Below are positions 24,891 to 37,579 of a stretch of 64,000 bases of DNA, in pieces. This DNA is from Hypanus sabinus (Eukaryota): assembly GCF_030144855.1 (NCBI RefSeq), contig NC_082722.1, positions 1,550,001-1,614,000 of the forward strand, in the 5' to 3' direction. A program made the position numbers and the translations under genes. The notes beneath the pieces were generated by a model. That model saw only the letters and a program-made list of their open reading frames with translations. It was not told where the DNA came from and ran no database searches. Position 1 is the first letter of the stretch. Every line of letters starts with the position of its first letter.

Positions 24891-25859
24891 GTATTCTATA
24901 TTTGTATCAAGCTTCAGGGCCTCTTTGTAGGAGTATTGCATTATCTCATGCAAAGTTCCTCCCAAATGTGCAAATCCACTTCAGATATCATGGTTGCGAT
25001 ACATTAAGCCATAGTATCACTGAGAAATAGCACAATCGTTACCATTTTAACTTCATTAAATGAGGGAGTTACTCATTATTCACCATTTTTTTAGTCTGGA
25101 GACAGATTCGAGTTTAACAGGAAACAGGTAGAAATTGATTTACCACAAATGGCTTGTTTATTTTGTGTTTATTTCCCCAAACTACTATCTGTTTAATAAA
25201 AAACCAGAAGCTGTGATTAAGTCTTTCTCCCGTTTTCTTCATGTTTTGCTTTCTTTAATGCGGAAAATCTTTATGTATTATGCACATTTTATCAAATTAT
25301 TTTGTAATATTCAGTGACAAAATGTAGTTTTTGATGAGACAGGGTGGAACTGAGATTTGGGTTTGTTTTCTAGATAGCTGTAGTTCTGGACGTTCTATTG
25401 ACACAATGAAGGAAAAGGAACATAGCTTGTTTTTCTTTACTGGAGGCAGTGTTTAATTTGTGGGCCACAGACAGCAAACAGCTTCTTGCTTCATCTCCCT
25501 ACTTCATCCACCTGTCTCCTCTATCACTTTATATTCAGGGTAACATTTACCTACTGAATTCATACACTCTTTATACTGCCAATTGTCTTCTCTATTTTAC
25601 AAAACCACTATCCTCTACCCTTACCATAATTTCAGCCTTCCACCTTCTGAGTTTCTTACACAATAATTATGCTTTCCTCACCCATGGATGTATTTGGACA
25701 TTTAATGTCCAATTCCAAAATTTATCCCAAAAGTTGAGTCATGCAATATTTCATTTGCTTTATTGGCATGTACCTTAATTACTTTGGCATGTTTAGTCAA
25801 TTGATGCACTATCTCCTTTGCCTCCTCAACAACACATGTCATAGAGGATATTGACTTTG

Positions 25860-25985
25860 ACCATATATATATATATACTTTTTTGCTGTTATACATCCTT
25901 TGTATTATGTGTTTGTTTAAACTTCTCCTCTGATTTTTTTCTTTACTGGGAAATCAATAAAAAAAGATTGAAATGAAATGAGCGG
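25860..25985 (+). mobile_element. L1/Tx1-like 3' end
   Basis: T-rich tail ending aaatcaataaaaaaagattgaaatgaaatg, similar to 55807-56018. Confidence 0.5.
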
Positions 25986-25989
25986 ATAT

Positions 25990-28900
25990 CATTTTCTTTC
26001 CAGAGATATAAAGAGTAAAAGAGAGGTGAGAGTGCCTATTGGACTGCTGGAGAATAACACTGGAAAGTTAGTAATGGGGGTCAAGGAAATTGCGGAATAA
26101 CTGAATAAGTATTTTTCATGTCAACACTGTGGAAGACACTAGCAGTATGCTGGACATTCAAGAGTGTCAGGGGATAGTCATGAGTGCAGTTGCTATTCCT
26201 AGGGAGTAGGTGCTTAGGAAACTGAATGTCTGAAGGTAGTCTCTGGACTAGATGGACTACACCCGAGATGTTAGAGTTGATTGTCTACAATGAGGTTTCA
26301 GGTTACTTCAAAGCACATGATAAAGTGTGCCAAATCAGGATGGTGTCTTTAAGGAGAAGTCTTGTCTGTCAAATCTATTGGAATTCTTTGAGGAAATAAC
26401 AAGCAGCATAGACTAAAGAGAGTGAGTGAAGAATGTGGTAGTCGTAAGTGATTCCATAGTGAGGGGAACAAACAGGAGGTTCTGTCAGCCTTATAGAGAT
26501 ACCTGCATGGTCTGCGCCTCCCAGGTGCCAGGGTACCGGATGTCTCAGATCGGGTGCAGAGAATTCTGAAGGGAGAAGGTACCAATGAAATGGGCAGAAA
26601 AAGGGATGAGGTCCTAAAGAGAGAATTCAAGGAGTTCGGTAGGAAGTTGAAACGCTGGACCTTGAGGGTAGTAATCTCAGGATTGCTGCTTGTGCCACGT
26701 GCTAACGAATGCAAGAATAGCATGATCAGGCATGTTAATGCATTGCTGAGAGACTGGTGTAGGGGGCAGGGTTTTGGGTTGCTGGATCATTGGGGCCTCT
26801 TCTGGGGGAGGTATGAATTGTATAAAAAGGACGGGATACACCTGAACTCAAAGGGGTCCAATATCCTAGCAGGTTGAATAGAGCTGTTCGGGAGGGTTTA
26901 AACTAATTTGACAGGGGGATGGAAACCGGAGTGAGAGAGCTGAGGAAGGGGAAAACAGAAATAAGTCAAAGATAGCATGCACCTGAGATGATAGAAAGGA
27001 TAGGCAGGCGATGAGGCATAATCACAGCCAGTGAGATGAGTTACAGGGCAATAGAGATGTGGTGCAGTTAAAACAGCAACAAATGCTGTACTGAAAATAT
27101 TATATCTGAATGCACACAGCATAAGAAACAAAATGGACGACCTCGAAATTCAGCTACAGCTTGACAAATATGACATTGTGGCCATCTCTGAAACTTGGCT
27201 AAAGGATGGCTGCCATTGGGATGCACATCCAAAGATATATGATGTATCAGAAAAATAGCTTAGTAGGCAGAGTGGGTGGTGTAGTTCTGGTTATAAGAAT
27301 TGATATTAAATCATTAGAGAGGGATCACATAGGATTGGAAGGTGTTGAGACTTCATGGGTTGAGTTAAGAAATGACAGGGGTAAAAAGACCCTAATGGCA
27401 GTTGTATCCAGGCCTTCAAACAACAGCCGGGATGTGGATTACAAATTACAGCAGGAGATAGAAAAGGTGTGACAGAAGGGCAATGTCGTGATAATTGTTG
27501 GAGATTTTGACATGAAATTGGATTGGGAAAACCAGGCTAGTACTGGACCACAAGAGAAAGTATTTGTAGAATTCCTAAGGAATGGCTTTTTATGACATGT
27601 TGTTGTTGAGGCCACTAGGGGATCGGCTGTGTTGGATAGGGTGTTGTGCAATGATCCGGAGGTGATAACAGCTTAAGGTTAAACAACCCTTAGAGAACAG
27701 TGATCACAATATGATTGAGTTAACTTTGGAATTTGAGAAGGAGAAACTAAATTCCAATGTGTCGGTGTTTCAGTGGAATAAAAGAAATTACAATGGCATG
27801 AGAGGGGAACTGGCCAAGGTTGACACCAGCAGGAAGGACAGCAGAGCAGCAATGGCTGGAGTTTCTGTGAAAAACGTGGGAAGTACAAGGCAGATATATT
27901 CCAAATAAGAAGAAATTTGGAATCGAATAAGGACACTATTGTGGCTACCAATTGAAGTCAGAGCCAAAGTAAAAGCAAAAGAGAGGGTAGACAAGGATGG
28001 CAAAGCTATTCGGAAGATAGAGAATTAGGAAGCTTTTAAAATCTTGCTGAAGGAAACAAAGAAGATCGTTAGGAAGGAACAGATGAATTATGAAAGAACA
28101 CTCACGACTAATATCAAAGGAGATTCTAAATGCTTTTTTAAAAAGTATATACAGGGTAAAAGAGAGTTGAGTGTAGATATAGGGCCATTAGAAAATGACG
28201 CTGGAGATATTGTAATGAGAGACACAGAGATGGCAGTGGAACTGAATGCGTATTTTGCATCAGTTTTCACATTGGAAGACATCTGCTGTTTACTGGACAT
28301 TCAAGAGTGTCAGGGAAGTGAAGTTTGTGCAGTGAAAATGACGACTGAGAAGGTGCTCAGGAAGCTTAATGGTCTGAGGGTGGATAAATCTCCTGGACCT
28401 GATGGAATGCACCCTCGGGTTCTGAAGGAAGTAACTGGAGAGATTGTGGAGGCAGTAACAATGATTTTTCAAGAATTGATAGATTTGATCATTGTACCAA
28501 ATGACTGGAAAATTGCAAATGTTACTCTGTTATTTAAGAAGGGTGGGAGGAGCTGAAAGGAAACTATAGAGCTTTCAGCCTGATATTAGTGGTTGGGAAG
28601 TTGTTGGAATCAATTGTTAGGGTTGATATTAAGGAGTAACTGGAGGTACTTTACAAGATAGGCCAAAACCAGAATGTTTCCTGAAAGGAAAATCCTGCCT
28701 GACTAACCTACTGTAAATATTTGAGGAAATTACAAGCAGGCTAGACAAATGAGATGCAGTGGACGTGGTGTACTTGGATTTTCCGAAGGCCTTTGACAAG
28801 GTACCGCAAATGAGGCTGCTTATGGGCATGCACTTTGGTGGAAGAAATAAACGGCCAGACTATTACTTAGATGGGGAGAGAATTCAAAATGCAAAATTAC

Positions 28901-29380
28901 TTGGGAGTCATTGTGCAGGATACCCTTAAGGTTAACCTTTAGGCTGAGTTGGTGTTGAAGAAGGCAAAAGCAATGTTGGCGTTCATTTCTAGACGTATAG
29001 AATATAACAACAAGGATATGATGTTGAGGCTCTATAAGGCACTTGTGAGACCACACAGAGTATTATGTGCAGTTCTAGGCTCCTTATTTTAGAAACGGTA
29101 TACTGACATTGGAGAGGGTTCAGAGAAGATTCACAAGAATGATTACAGGAATGAAAGGGTTACTGTATGAGGAATGTCTGGCAGCTCTTGGGCTGTATTC
29201 CCTGAAGTTCAGGAGAATGAGGGGGATCTCACAGAAGCATTCAGAATGCTAAAAGGCCTGAACAGATTACATAAGGCAAAGTTATTTCCCATGGTAGGAG
29301 AGTCCAGAACAAGAGGGTGTAACTTCAGGATAAAAGGACGTCAATTTAGAACAGAGATGAGGAGAAATTACTTCATAGAA
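25990..29380 (+). mobile_element. Composite of degenerate CR1 copies (ORF1 esterase, EN, RT)
   Basis: ORFs 26554..26877 (esterase), 28044..28556 (DKSPGPDGMHPRVLKE) and 29174..29488. Confidence 0.85.
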
Positions 29381-29774
29381 CATAGAAAACTTACAGCACA
29401 ATACAGGCCCTTTGGCCCACAAAGTTGTGCCGAACTTGTCCCTACCTTAGAAATTACTAGGCTTACCTATAGTCCTGTATTTTATTAAGCTCCATGTACT
29501 ATCTAAAAGTCTCTTAAAAGACTCCATCGTATCCACCTCCACCACGTTGCTGGCAGCCCATTCCATGCACTCACCACTCTCTGAGTAAAAAAAACCTACC
29601 CTTCACATCTCCTCTGTAACTGCTTCTACGCACCTTAAAACTGTGCCCTCTCATGCTATCCATTTCATCTTTAGGAAAAAGACTATGACTATCCACATGA
29701 TCAATGTCTCTCATCATCTTATACACCTCTATCAGGTCACCTCTCATCCTCCATCACTCCAAGGAGAAAAGGCC

Positions 29775-29974
29775 GAGTTCACGCAACCTATTCTCATAAG
29801 GCATGCTCCCCAATCCAGGCAACATCCTTGTAAATCCTTGTAATCCAGTTCATCCTTGTAATCCTTGTAAATCCTTGTAATCCTTGTAATCCTTGTAAAT
29901 CCTTGTAATCTGAGTTCACGCAACCTATTCCCATAAGGCATGCTCCCCAATCCAGGCAACATCCTTGTAAATCT
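29775..29974. repeat. Junction filler: 62-bp duplication enclosing tandem ATCCTTGTA units
   Basis: 29775-29836 equals 29912-29973 with 1 mismatch. Eight ATCCTTGTA units lie in 29824-29907, the first inside copy 1. Confidence 0.95.
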
Positions 29975-30160
29975 TTTGGAAGAGGACAGCGAGGCTTTGA
30001 GAGGAAGTGCGGCGGCGGCCATTTTCAAATTGTCCAATTGCTTCTCAGATCGGAGTTCTGAGAGGCGGGACTGCGCAGGCGCGTGAAGGAGGCCCGGGAA
30101 GGAGGGAAGATATATAAAGAACGCCGCCTTAAGAAGCGGGCAGCTTCGTTTGTGGGCAGC

Positions 30161-30284
30161 GGAGTGAGCCGGGCGCAGAGTGTAGGGCTTGGGAGTGAGC
30201 TGGGCGCAGAGTGTAGGGCTTGGGAGTGGGCCGGGCGCAGAGTGTAGGGCTTGGGAGTGAGCTGGGAGCAGAGTGTAGGGCTTG
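30161..30284 (+). repeat. 4 x 31-bp tandem repeat in the CR1 5' UTR
   Basis: Unit ggagtgagc(c/t)gggcgcagagtgtagggcttg starts at 30161, 30192, 30223 and 30254. Confidence 0.95.
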
Positions 30285-30358
30285 GGCTCAGGGGGCTTAG
30301 GCAGAAGAGGGCACAGTAGGCATCTTTTAGTTCTTGAATTTTCAGTTATTTGGGAAGT

Positions 30359-31271
30359 ATGAGTGTGAGGGCAGCTTGTTGTTCTCGGTGTCGGATGTGG
30401 GAGATCCTGGAGTCTCCGAGCCTCCCGGACGTCCACATCTGCGCCAGGTGCGCTGAACTGCAGCTCCTGAGGGACCAAGTTAGGGAACTGGAGCTGCAGC
30501 TCGATGACCTTCACCTGGTCAGGGAGAGTGAGGAGGTGATAGAGAGGAGTTACAGGCAGGTGGTCACTCCGGGACCACGAGAGGCAGATAGGTGGGTTAC
30601 AGTCAGGAAGGGGAAGAGGCAGGTACTAGAGAGTACCCCAGTGGCTGTACCCCTTGACAATAAGTACTCATGTTTGAGTACTGTTGGGGGGGACAGCCTA
30701 CCTGGTGGGAGTGACAGTGGCCGAGCCTCCGGCACAGAGGACGGCCCTGTAGCTCAGAAGGGTAGGGTTAGAAGAAAGAGGTCCATAGTAATAGGGGACT
30801 CAATAGTCAGGGGCTCAGACAGGCGTTTCTGTGGAGGTGACCGGGAGTCCCGGATGGTAATTTGCCTCCCTGGTGCCAGGGTTCGGGACGTTTCTGATCG
30901 CGTCCAAGATATCCTGAAGTGGGAGGGTGAAGAGCCAGAGGTCGTGGTACATGTAGGTACCAATGACATAGGAAGGAAAGGGTAAGAAGTCCTGAAACGA
31001 GAGTATAGGGAGTTAGGAAGGCAGTTAAGAAGAAGGACCGCAAAGGTAGTAATCTCGGGATTACTGCCTGTGCCACGCGACAGTGACAGTAGGAATAGAA
31101 TTAGGTGGAGGATGAATGCGTGGCTGTGGGATTGGAGCAGGGGGCAGGGATTCAAGTTACTGGATCATTGGGACCTCTTCTGGGGCAGGAGGACGGGTTA
31201 CACTTGAATCGTGGGGGGACCAATATCCTAGCGGGCAGGTTTGCTAGGGCTACAGGGCGGACTTTAAACTA
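30359..31271 (+). pseudogene. CR1 ORF1 (zinc finger/leucine zipper plus SGNH esterase), disrupted
   Basis: CCSRCRMW, CARCAELQLL, IGDSIVRG, VGTNDIG; premature TAA at 30983-30985 and a deletion near 31190. Confidence 0.9.
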
Positions 31272-31308
31272 GTAAGATGGGGGGGGCGGGAGAATATTTG
31301 AGGAGACT

Positions 31309-34293
31309 ATGGGAGAGGAGGTTAGTTCACCAGTGGAGCAAGTAAATAGACAGTGTGTGAGGGAGGAAAGGCAGATGATGGAGAAGGGATGCGCTCAGCC
31401 CGAAGATGTAGGGGAGAAGAAAGAAAAGGATAATAAATTTGAATGCATTGTTAGGGATGGAAAGAGAGGAGGAGATGGAGAGTATCTTAAATGTATCTAT
31501 TTTAATGCTAGGAGCATTGTAAGAAAGGTGGATGAGCTTAAAGCGTGGATTGATACCTGGAATTATGATGTTGTAGCTATTAGTGAAACATGGTTGCAGG
31601 AAGGGTGTGATTGGTAACTAAATATTCCTGGATTTAGTTGCTTCAGGTGTGATCGAGTAGGAGGGGCCGGAGGAGGAGGTGTTGCATTGCTTGTCCGAGA
31701 AAATCTTATGGCGGTGCTTTGGAAGGATAGATTAGAGAGCTCCTCTAGGGAGACCATTTGGGTGGAATTGAAGAATGGGAAAGGTGCAGTAACACTGATA
31801 GGAGTGTATTATAGGCCACCTAATGGGGCGCGTGAGTTGGAAGAGCAAATGTGTAAGGAGATAGCAGATATTTGTAGTAAACACAAGGTGGTGATTGTGG
31901 GAGATTTTAATTTTCCACACGGAGACTGGGAAGCTCATTCTGTAAAAGGGCTGGATGGTTTAGAGTTTGTGAAATGTGTGCAGGATAGTTTTTTGCAACA
32001 ATACATAGAAGTACCGACTAGAGATGGGGCAGTGTTGGATCTCCTGTTAGGGAATACGATAGGTCAGCTGACAGATGTATGTGTTGGGGAGCACTTCGGG
32101 TCCAGTGATCACAATAGCATTAGCTTCAATATAATTATGGAGAAGGACAGGACTGGACCTAGAGTTGAGATTTTTGATTGGAGAAAGGCTAACTTTGAGG
32201 GGATGCGAAGGGATTTAGAGAGGGTGGATTGGGTCAAGTTGTTTTATGGGAAGGATGTAATAGAGAAATGGAGGTCATTTAAGGGTGAAATTATGAGGGT
32301 ACAGAATCTTTATGTTCCTGTTAGGGTGAAAGGAAAGGTTAAATGTTTGAGAGCACCATGGTTTTCAAGGGATATTAGAAATTTGGTTCAGAAAAAGAGG
32401 GATGTCTACAATAGATATAGGCAGCATGGAGTAAAGGAATTGCTCGAGGAATATAAAGAATGTAAAAGGAATCTTAAGAAAGAGATTAGAAAAGCTAAAA
32501 GAAGATACGAGGTTGGTTTGGCAAATAAGGTGAAAGTAAATCCGAAAGGTTTCTACAGTTATATTAAAAGCAAGAGGATAGTGAGGGATAAAATTGGCCC
32601 CTTAGAGAATCAGAGTGGTCAGCTATGTGTGGAACCGAAGGAGATGGGAGAGATTTTGAATGATTTCTTCTCTTCGGTATTCACTAAGGAGAAGGATATT
32701 GAATTGTCTAAGGTGTGGGAAACAAGTAAGGAAGTTATGGAACCTATGACAATTAAAGAGGTGGAGGTACTGGCGCTTTTAAGAAATTTAAAAGTGGATA
32801 AATCTCCGGGTCCTAACAGGATATTCCCCAGGACCTTGAGGGAAGTTTGTGTAGAAATAGCAGGAGCTCTGACGGAGATCTTTAATATGTCATTAGAAAC
32901 GGGGATTGTGCCAGAGGATTGGCGTATTGCTCATGTGGTTCCATTGTTTAAAAAGGGTTCTAGAAGGAAGCCTAGCAATTATAGACCTGTCAGTTTGACA
33001 TCAGTGGTGGGTAAATTAATGGAAAGTATTCTTAGAGGTAGTATTTATAATTATCTGGACAGACGGGATCTGATTAGAAGTAGCCAGCATGGATTTGTGC
33101 GTGGAAGGTCATGTTTGACAAACCTTATTGAATTTTTTGAAGAAGTTACGAGGAATGTTGACGAGGGTAAGGCAGTGGATGTAGTCTATATGGACTTCAG
33201 CAAAGCCTTTGACAAAGTTTCACATGGAAGGTTAGTTAAGAAGGTTCAGTCGTTAGGTATTAATGCTGGAGTAATAAAATGGATTCAACAGTGGCTAGAT
33301 GGGAGATGCCAGAGAGTAGTGGTGGATAATTGTTTATCGGGATGGAGGCCGGTGACTAGCGGGGTGCCTCAGGGATCTGTTTTGGGCCCAATGTTGTTTG
33401 TAATATACATAAATGATCTGGATGATGGGGTGGTAAATTGGATTAGTAAGTATGCCAATGATACTAAGGTAGGAGGTGTTGTGGATAATGAGGTGGATTT
33501 TCAAAGCTTGCAGGGAGATTTATGCCGGTTAGAAGAATGGGCTGAACGTTGGCAGATGGAGTTTAATGCTGAGAAGTGTGAGGTTCTACATTTTGGCAGG
33601 AATAATCCAAATAGAACATACAGAGTAAATGGTAGGGCATTGAGGAATGCAGAGGAACAGAGAGATCTAGGAATAACTGTGCATAGTTCCCTGAAAGTGG
33701 AGTCTCATGTAGATAGGGTGGTGAAGAGGGCTTTTGGATCGCTGGCCTTTATAAATCAAAGCATTGAGTACAGAAGTTGGGATGTAATGCTAAAGTTGTA
33801 CAAGGCATTGGTAAGGCCAAATTTGGAATATTGTGTGCAGTTCTGGTCACCGAATTATAGGAAAGATATCAATAAATTAGAGAGAGTGCAGAGACGATTT
33901 ACTAGGATGTTACCTGGGTTTCAGCAATTAAGTTACAGAGAAAGGTTGAACAAGTTAGGTCTCTATTCATTGGAGCGCAGAAGGTTGAGGGGGGATTTGA
34001 TCGAGGTATTTAAAATTTTGAGAGGGATAGATAGAGTTGACGTGAACAGGCTGTTTCCATTGAGAGTAGGGGAGATTCAAACTAGAGGACATGATTTGAG
34101 AGTTAGGGGGCAGAAGTTTAAGGGAAACACGAGGGGGTATTTCTTTACTCAAAGAGTGATAGCTGTGTGGAATGAGCTTCCTGTAGATGTAGTAGAGGCC
34201 AGTTCAGTTGTGTCATTTAAGGTAAAATTGGATAGGTATATGGACAGGAAAGGAGTGGAGGGTTATGGGCTGAGTGTGGGTAGGTGGGACTAG
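31309..34293 (+). pseudogene. CR1 ORF2 (APE endonuclease plus reverse transcriptase), one in-frame stop
   Basis: ORFs 31309..31617 and 31687..34293 are in the same frame, separated by TAA at 31615-31617. The RT catalytic motif reads YAND (33451-33462). Confidence 0.95.
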
Positions 34294-35149
34294 GTGAGAT
34301 TAAGGGTTCGGCACGGACTGTTTCCGTGCTGTGATTGTTATATGGTTATATGGTAAATCTCCTCTGCACTCTTTCTATGGCTTCCACAGCCCTCCTGTAG
34401 TGAGGCAACCAGAAATGAACACAGGTCTCAAAGAGGGGTCTGACCAGGGTCCAATATAACTGCAACATTACCTCTTGGCTCCAAAATTCAATTCCGTGAT
34501 TCATAAAGGCCAATACACCGTATGCCTTCTAAACCACAGAGTCAAACTGTGCAGCTGCCTTGAGCATCCGATGGACTCGGACCCCAAGATCCCTCTGATC
34601 CTCCATACTGCCAAGAGTCTTATCATTAATACTACATTCCACCATAATATTTGACCTTTAAAAATGAACCACTTCACACTTATCTGGGTTGAACGCCATT
34701 TGCCACTTCTCAGACCAGTTTTGCTTCCTATGAATGACCTGCTGTAACCTCTGACAGCCTTCCACACTATCCCCAACATCTCCAACCTTGGTGTCATCAG
34801 CCAACTTATTTACTCATTTCCCCCCCTTCCTCATCCAGGTCATTTAAAAAATCACAAAGACAAGGGTCCCAGAATAGATCCCTGAGGCACTCCACTGGTG
34901 ATCAACCTCCATGCAAAATATGACCTGTCTACAAGCACTATTTTCCTTCTGTGGGCCAGTTAGTTCTGGATCCATGAAGCAATGCCTCTTGGATCCCATG
35001 CCTCCTTACTTTCTCAATAAACCTTGCATGGGGTACCTTATCAAATGCCTTGCTAAAATTCATATGCACTACAGCTACTGCTCAGCCTTCATTAATGTGT
35101 TTAATCACATCCTTAAAAAATTCAATCAGGCACGTGTGGCACATGCTGA

Positions 35150-37253
35150 CTGCTCCTAATCACATTATACCTCTCCAAATGTTCATAAATCCTGTCTCTC
35201 AGGATCTTCTCCATCAACTTACCAACCACTGAGGTAAGACTCACTGGTCTATAATTTCCTGGGCGATCTCTACTCCCTTTCTTGAATAAGGGAACAATAC
35301 CCACAACCCTTCAATCCTCCAGAACCTTTCCCGTCCCCATTGATGATTCAAAGATCATCGCCAGAGTCTTAGCAATCTCCTCCCTCACCTCTCACAGTAG
35401 CCTGGGGTACATCTCATCCGGTCCCAGTGACTTATCCAACTTGATGCTTTCCAAAGGATCCAGCACATCCTTTTTCTTAATATCTACATGCTCAAGCTTT
35501 TCAGTCTGCTGAACGTCATCACTACAATCACGAAGATCCTTTTCCATAGCGAATACTGAAGTAAAGTATTCATTAGTACCTGTTCTATTTCCTCTGGTTC
35601 CAAACACACGTTCCCACTGTCACACTTGATAGGTCCTATACTTTCACGCCTTATCCTCTCGCTCTTCACATATTTGTATAATGCCTTGGGGTTTTCCTTA
35701 ATCCTGCCCACCAAGGCCTTCTCATGGCCCCTTCTGGCTCTCCTAATTTCCTTCTTAAACTCTTTCCTATTAGCCTTAAAATCTTCTGGGTCTCTAATAT
35801 TACCTAATTTTCTGAACCTTTTGTGAGCTTTTCTTTTTTGCTTGACTAGATTTATTACAGTGTTTGTACACCACAGTTCCTGTACCCTAACATAACTTCC
35901 CTGTCTCATTGGAACACAGAACTCCACACAACTATCCCCTGAATATTTGCCACATTTCTTCCATACATTTCCCTGAGAACATCTGTTCCCAGTTTAAGCT
36001 TCCAATTTCCTGCCTAATAGCCTTATAATTCCCTTGACTCCAGTTAAATGCTTTTCTAATTTGTCTGTTCCTATCTCTCTCCAATGCTATTGTAAAGGAG
36101 ACAGAATTATGATCACTTTCTCCAAAATGCTCTCCCACTGAGAGATCTGACACCTGACCAGGCTCATTTCCCAATACCAAATCAAGTACAGTCTCTCCTC
36201 TTGTAGGCTTATCTACATACTGTGTCAAGAAACCTTCCTGAACACACCTAACAAACTCCACCCAATCTAAACCCCTTGCTCTAGGGAGATGCCAATCGAT
36301 ATTTGGGAAATTAAAATCCTCCATCACAACAACTCTGTTATTATTACACCTTTCCAGGATCTGATTCCCTATCTGCTCCTCGATGTCCCTGTTACTATTG
36401 GGTGGTCTAAAAGAACACCCAGTAGAGTTATTGACCCCTTCCTGTTCCTAACCTCCACCCACAGAGACTCTGTAGACAATCCCACCATGGCGTCTACCTT
36501 TTCTGCAGCCGTGACGATATCTCTGATCAACAGTGCCACGTCCCCACCTCTTTTGCCTCCCTCCCTGTCCTTTATGAAACATCTAAAACCTGGCTCTTGA
36601 AGGAACCATTTCTGCCCCTGAGCTGTCTAAGTCTCTGTAATGGCCACCACATCATTTCTCCAAGTACTGATCCATGCCCTAATCTCATCTGCTTTGTTCA
36701 CAACACTTCTTGTGTTAAAATAGACACATCTCAAACCTCTGGTCTGAACGCGTCCCTGCTCTATCACCTGCCTATCCTCCCTCTCCCACTGTCTACAAGC
36801 TTTTTCTATTCATGATCCAACCACCTCTTCCCCCATCTCTTCAGTTCAGTTCTCAGCCCCCAACAATTCTAGTTTAAACTCTCCCCAATAGGCTTAACAA
36901 ACCTCTGCGCTAGGATATTGGTCCGCCTGGGATTCCAGTGCAAACCGTCCTTTTTGTGCAGGTCGCACCTGCCCCAAAAGAGGTCCTAATGATCCAGAAA
37001 TCTGAATCCCTGTCTTCTACTCCTATCCCTCTGCCACGCACTTATCCTCCACCTCATCCTATCCCTATTCTCACTGTTGGGTGGCACAGGCACTAATCCC
37101 GAGATTACTACCTTTGTGGTCCTGCTTCTCAACTTCCTTCCTAACTCCCTATAGTCTGTTTTCAGGACCTCTTCCCTTTTCTTTCCTATGTCATTGGTAT
37201 CAATGTGTACCACGACCTCTGGCTTATCTCCCTCCCACCGCAGGATATCATGG
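35150..37253 (-). mobile_element. Degenerate CR1 (ORF1 3' part, EN, RT N-part), continued at 41601-41720
   Basis: ORFs 35484..35927, 35932..36327 (SDHNS) and 36986..37213; split by the young CR1 below. Confidence 0.85.
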
Positions 37254-37579
37254 TGGTCATTTGAATCGGGAGCAAGTTACAGCTTGTGATTCAGCTGGGA
37301 GCTCGGAGAATTCGACCGTGCAGGTAGGATTTAAGCCAACCTGGTCAATACCTGTGGAGGAGGGGGGGGGGGGAACTGCGCAGGCGCGAGTGACGTCAGC
37401 GTCGAGCGCGCACTTTAAAAGGCAGGACTTCTTGTCAGAGCAGGCAGCGGAGTCCGTGGAAGCAGAATCCTGGGCTTTGGCTAAGTGGGCTTCGGTAAGC
37501 CTGTGTGATTGCTCGCTGAGGGGAAGAAGGTAAGGTCGCTAGGTGCTTTTTAGACTTATTCTATTAATCCAGTTCAGGT

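Larger units (their letters stand above)
29975..34352 (+). mobile_element. Full-length young CR1 LINE with TSD
   Basis: 8-bp TSD GTAAATCT (29967-29974, 34353-34360); GC-rich 5' UTR, ORF1, ORF2 and a TATATGGT-type repeat tail. Confidence 0.95.
29375..35150 (-). mobile_element. Older minus-strand CR1 (29375-29974 and 34353-35150) split by the young CR1 insertion
   Basis: The host sequence caacatccttgtaaatct|cctctgcac is continuous across the insertion. Confidence 0.8.

Noticed and set aside
30161-30284. CRISPR-like array
   Set aside because: The repeats are contiguous with no unique spacers, there are no cas genes, and the context is a eukaryotic LINE UTR.
29744-30514. 256-aa ORF with RITRITRI and PKPYTL repeats as a novel protein
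   Set aside because: It is the antisense translation of the junction filler and the 31-bp UTR repeats.
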